Positions 63,151 through 64,000 of a DNA stretch of 64,000 bases are shown here, one piece after another (within the stretch, counting starts at the first letter, position 1; the number at the start of each line of letters is the position of its first letter). The position numbers and the translations under genes were made by a program. The stretch comes from a virus (taxonomy: Duplodnaviria > Heunggongvirae > Uroviricota > Caudoviricetes). The stretch covers positions 195,863 to 259,862 of IMG/VR virus record IMGVR_UViG_3300037484_000445. One strand, given 5' to 3'. The notes under the pieces were generated by a model. The model ran no database searches. It had not been told where the DNA came from and saw nothing but the letters and a program-made list of their open reading frames with translations.

Positions 63151-64000
63151 ATGGCGGCCATACCAGGAACTACTCCAGGAGTTCTCCTCAACACCACGTC
63201 TAACCTGTGGAGTCCTAAAGTCACATTTAGTTATGCTGACGCGGCTGCTCGTACGGGAGCTACGGGACTTACGAGCGAAGATGTGGCGAAGATTGCTCTT
63301 CAAATCGACACAGGGACCTATTGGCTTCTTGCTGACATCACACCCACTTGGATTCAAATTGTAACAGGGTCTATACCTTCCGTACCACAGTGGAACACTC
63401 TACTTGATATGGATTTTACCGCTCAAACTTCTGGTGACTTCAGTGCGGACGGCACTGTGGTGATTGGTGGAATATCCTTCATAGTTGAAAACTTCGCCAA
63501 TCTCTATACAGGAGCGACTATGGGGGTAGTTTCCGGATCGGGTTTGAAACTGGGGTGCCAATCTTCCGGAACCAACTATACTGCGGCGAGAAACAGCCCG
63601 CTTTTGCGTTGGCCTTTCCCAAGCGATGTTATTAACAATGTCCCTGTTAGGGCCTGCGTGTACGTTGGTACAGACAGTGGATGGACGGGTGAATTGTACC
63701 TAGGATTTGAGTACCCAAGCTCAAGTCCTAGAGATAACCAATGGGTGATGGCCGGTGTGTCTGCCGGGACCAGTGTTGCTAGCACTTACGGATTTGGATA
63801 CTCAACTAATAGTACAGCAACCACCCTAATAAGTAACAACACTGTAAACACAAACACAACACTTCTCGGGATGTTTGCTCACAAAAGTATTGGTTCTGTC
63901 CATATACCTGATGTTTTAGCCGGGAAGTATGCTGATGGCGCCTATGTAAACATGAATCAGTTGAGCCCTATCTACACCCCAACAACAGCCATTCAAAATA
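63151..64000 (+). CDS. 3'-partial virion structural protein (absent from the ORF track because it has no stop)
   Basis: ATG 63151, open to the window end: MAAIPGTTPGVLLNTTSNLWSPKVTFSYADAAAR... Confidence 0.7.
   Translation, partial: MAAIPGTTPGVLLNTTSNLWSPKVTFSYADAAARTGATGLTSEDVAKIALQIDTGTYWLLADITPTWIQIVTGSIPSVPQWNTLLDMDFTAQTSGDFSADGTVVIGGISFIVENFANLYTGATMGVVSGSGLKLGCQSSGTNYTAARNSPLLRWPFPSDVINNVPVRACVYVGTDSGWTGELYLGFEYPSSSPRDNQWVMAGVSAGTSVASTYGFGYSTNSTATTLISNNTVNTNTTLLGMFAHKSIGSVHIPDVLAGKYADGAYVNMNQLSPIYTPTTAIQN

Noticed and set aside
63145-63785. Short minus-strand ORFs at the right end
   Set aside because: Shadows of the open plus-strand structural gene starting at 63151.
1-64000. CRISPR array, tRNA or rRNA genes
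   Set aside because: I saw no regularly spaced repeats or cloverleafs by eye; tRNAscan-SE and Infernal were not run, so small RNAs could be missed.

Overview
This window looks like a 64-kb internal segment of a large (jumbo-type) dsDNA phage genome. It has dense short ORFs on both strands, tail-fibre-like genes at the right end and no host core genes; I recognised no tRNA, rRNA or CRISPR array. The host is unknown, and Myxococcota/Deltaproteobacteria is only a guess from cargo style. Main results: (1) A NrtR-headed operon (nrtR - nicotinamidase - vWA - PP2C - kinase, then NADAR) with two tandem 21-bp TGGT-N7-ACCA palindromes, one overlapping the promoter. This suggests an ADP-ribose-inducible NAD/counter-defence module. 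(2) A 6,688-bp cargo transposon (13512-20199) with perfect 15-bp TIRs and a 9-bp TSD. Removing it restores the ATG and N-terminus of an HNH nuclease gene. (3) A shared N-terminal/inter-domain tag, [RK]-[VL]-[AV]-x-R-[FY], on Topo IB, two zincin metallopeptidases and another protein; it is a candidate virion-packaging or protease-maturation signal. (4) A shared C-terminal motif, LDRIL-x-DD / SPFDD, on six unrelated proteins. (5) A GGTGTA element 9-13 nt before about 17 start codons, consistent with leaderless transcripts. All family calls come from motif recognition by eye, not database searches, and many starts were adjusted from the ORF track.
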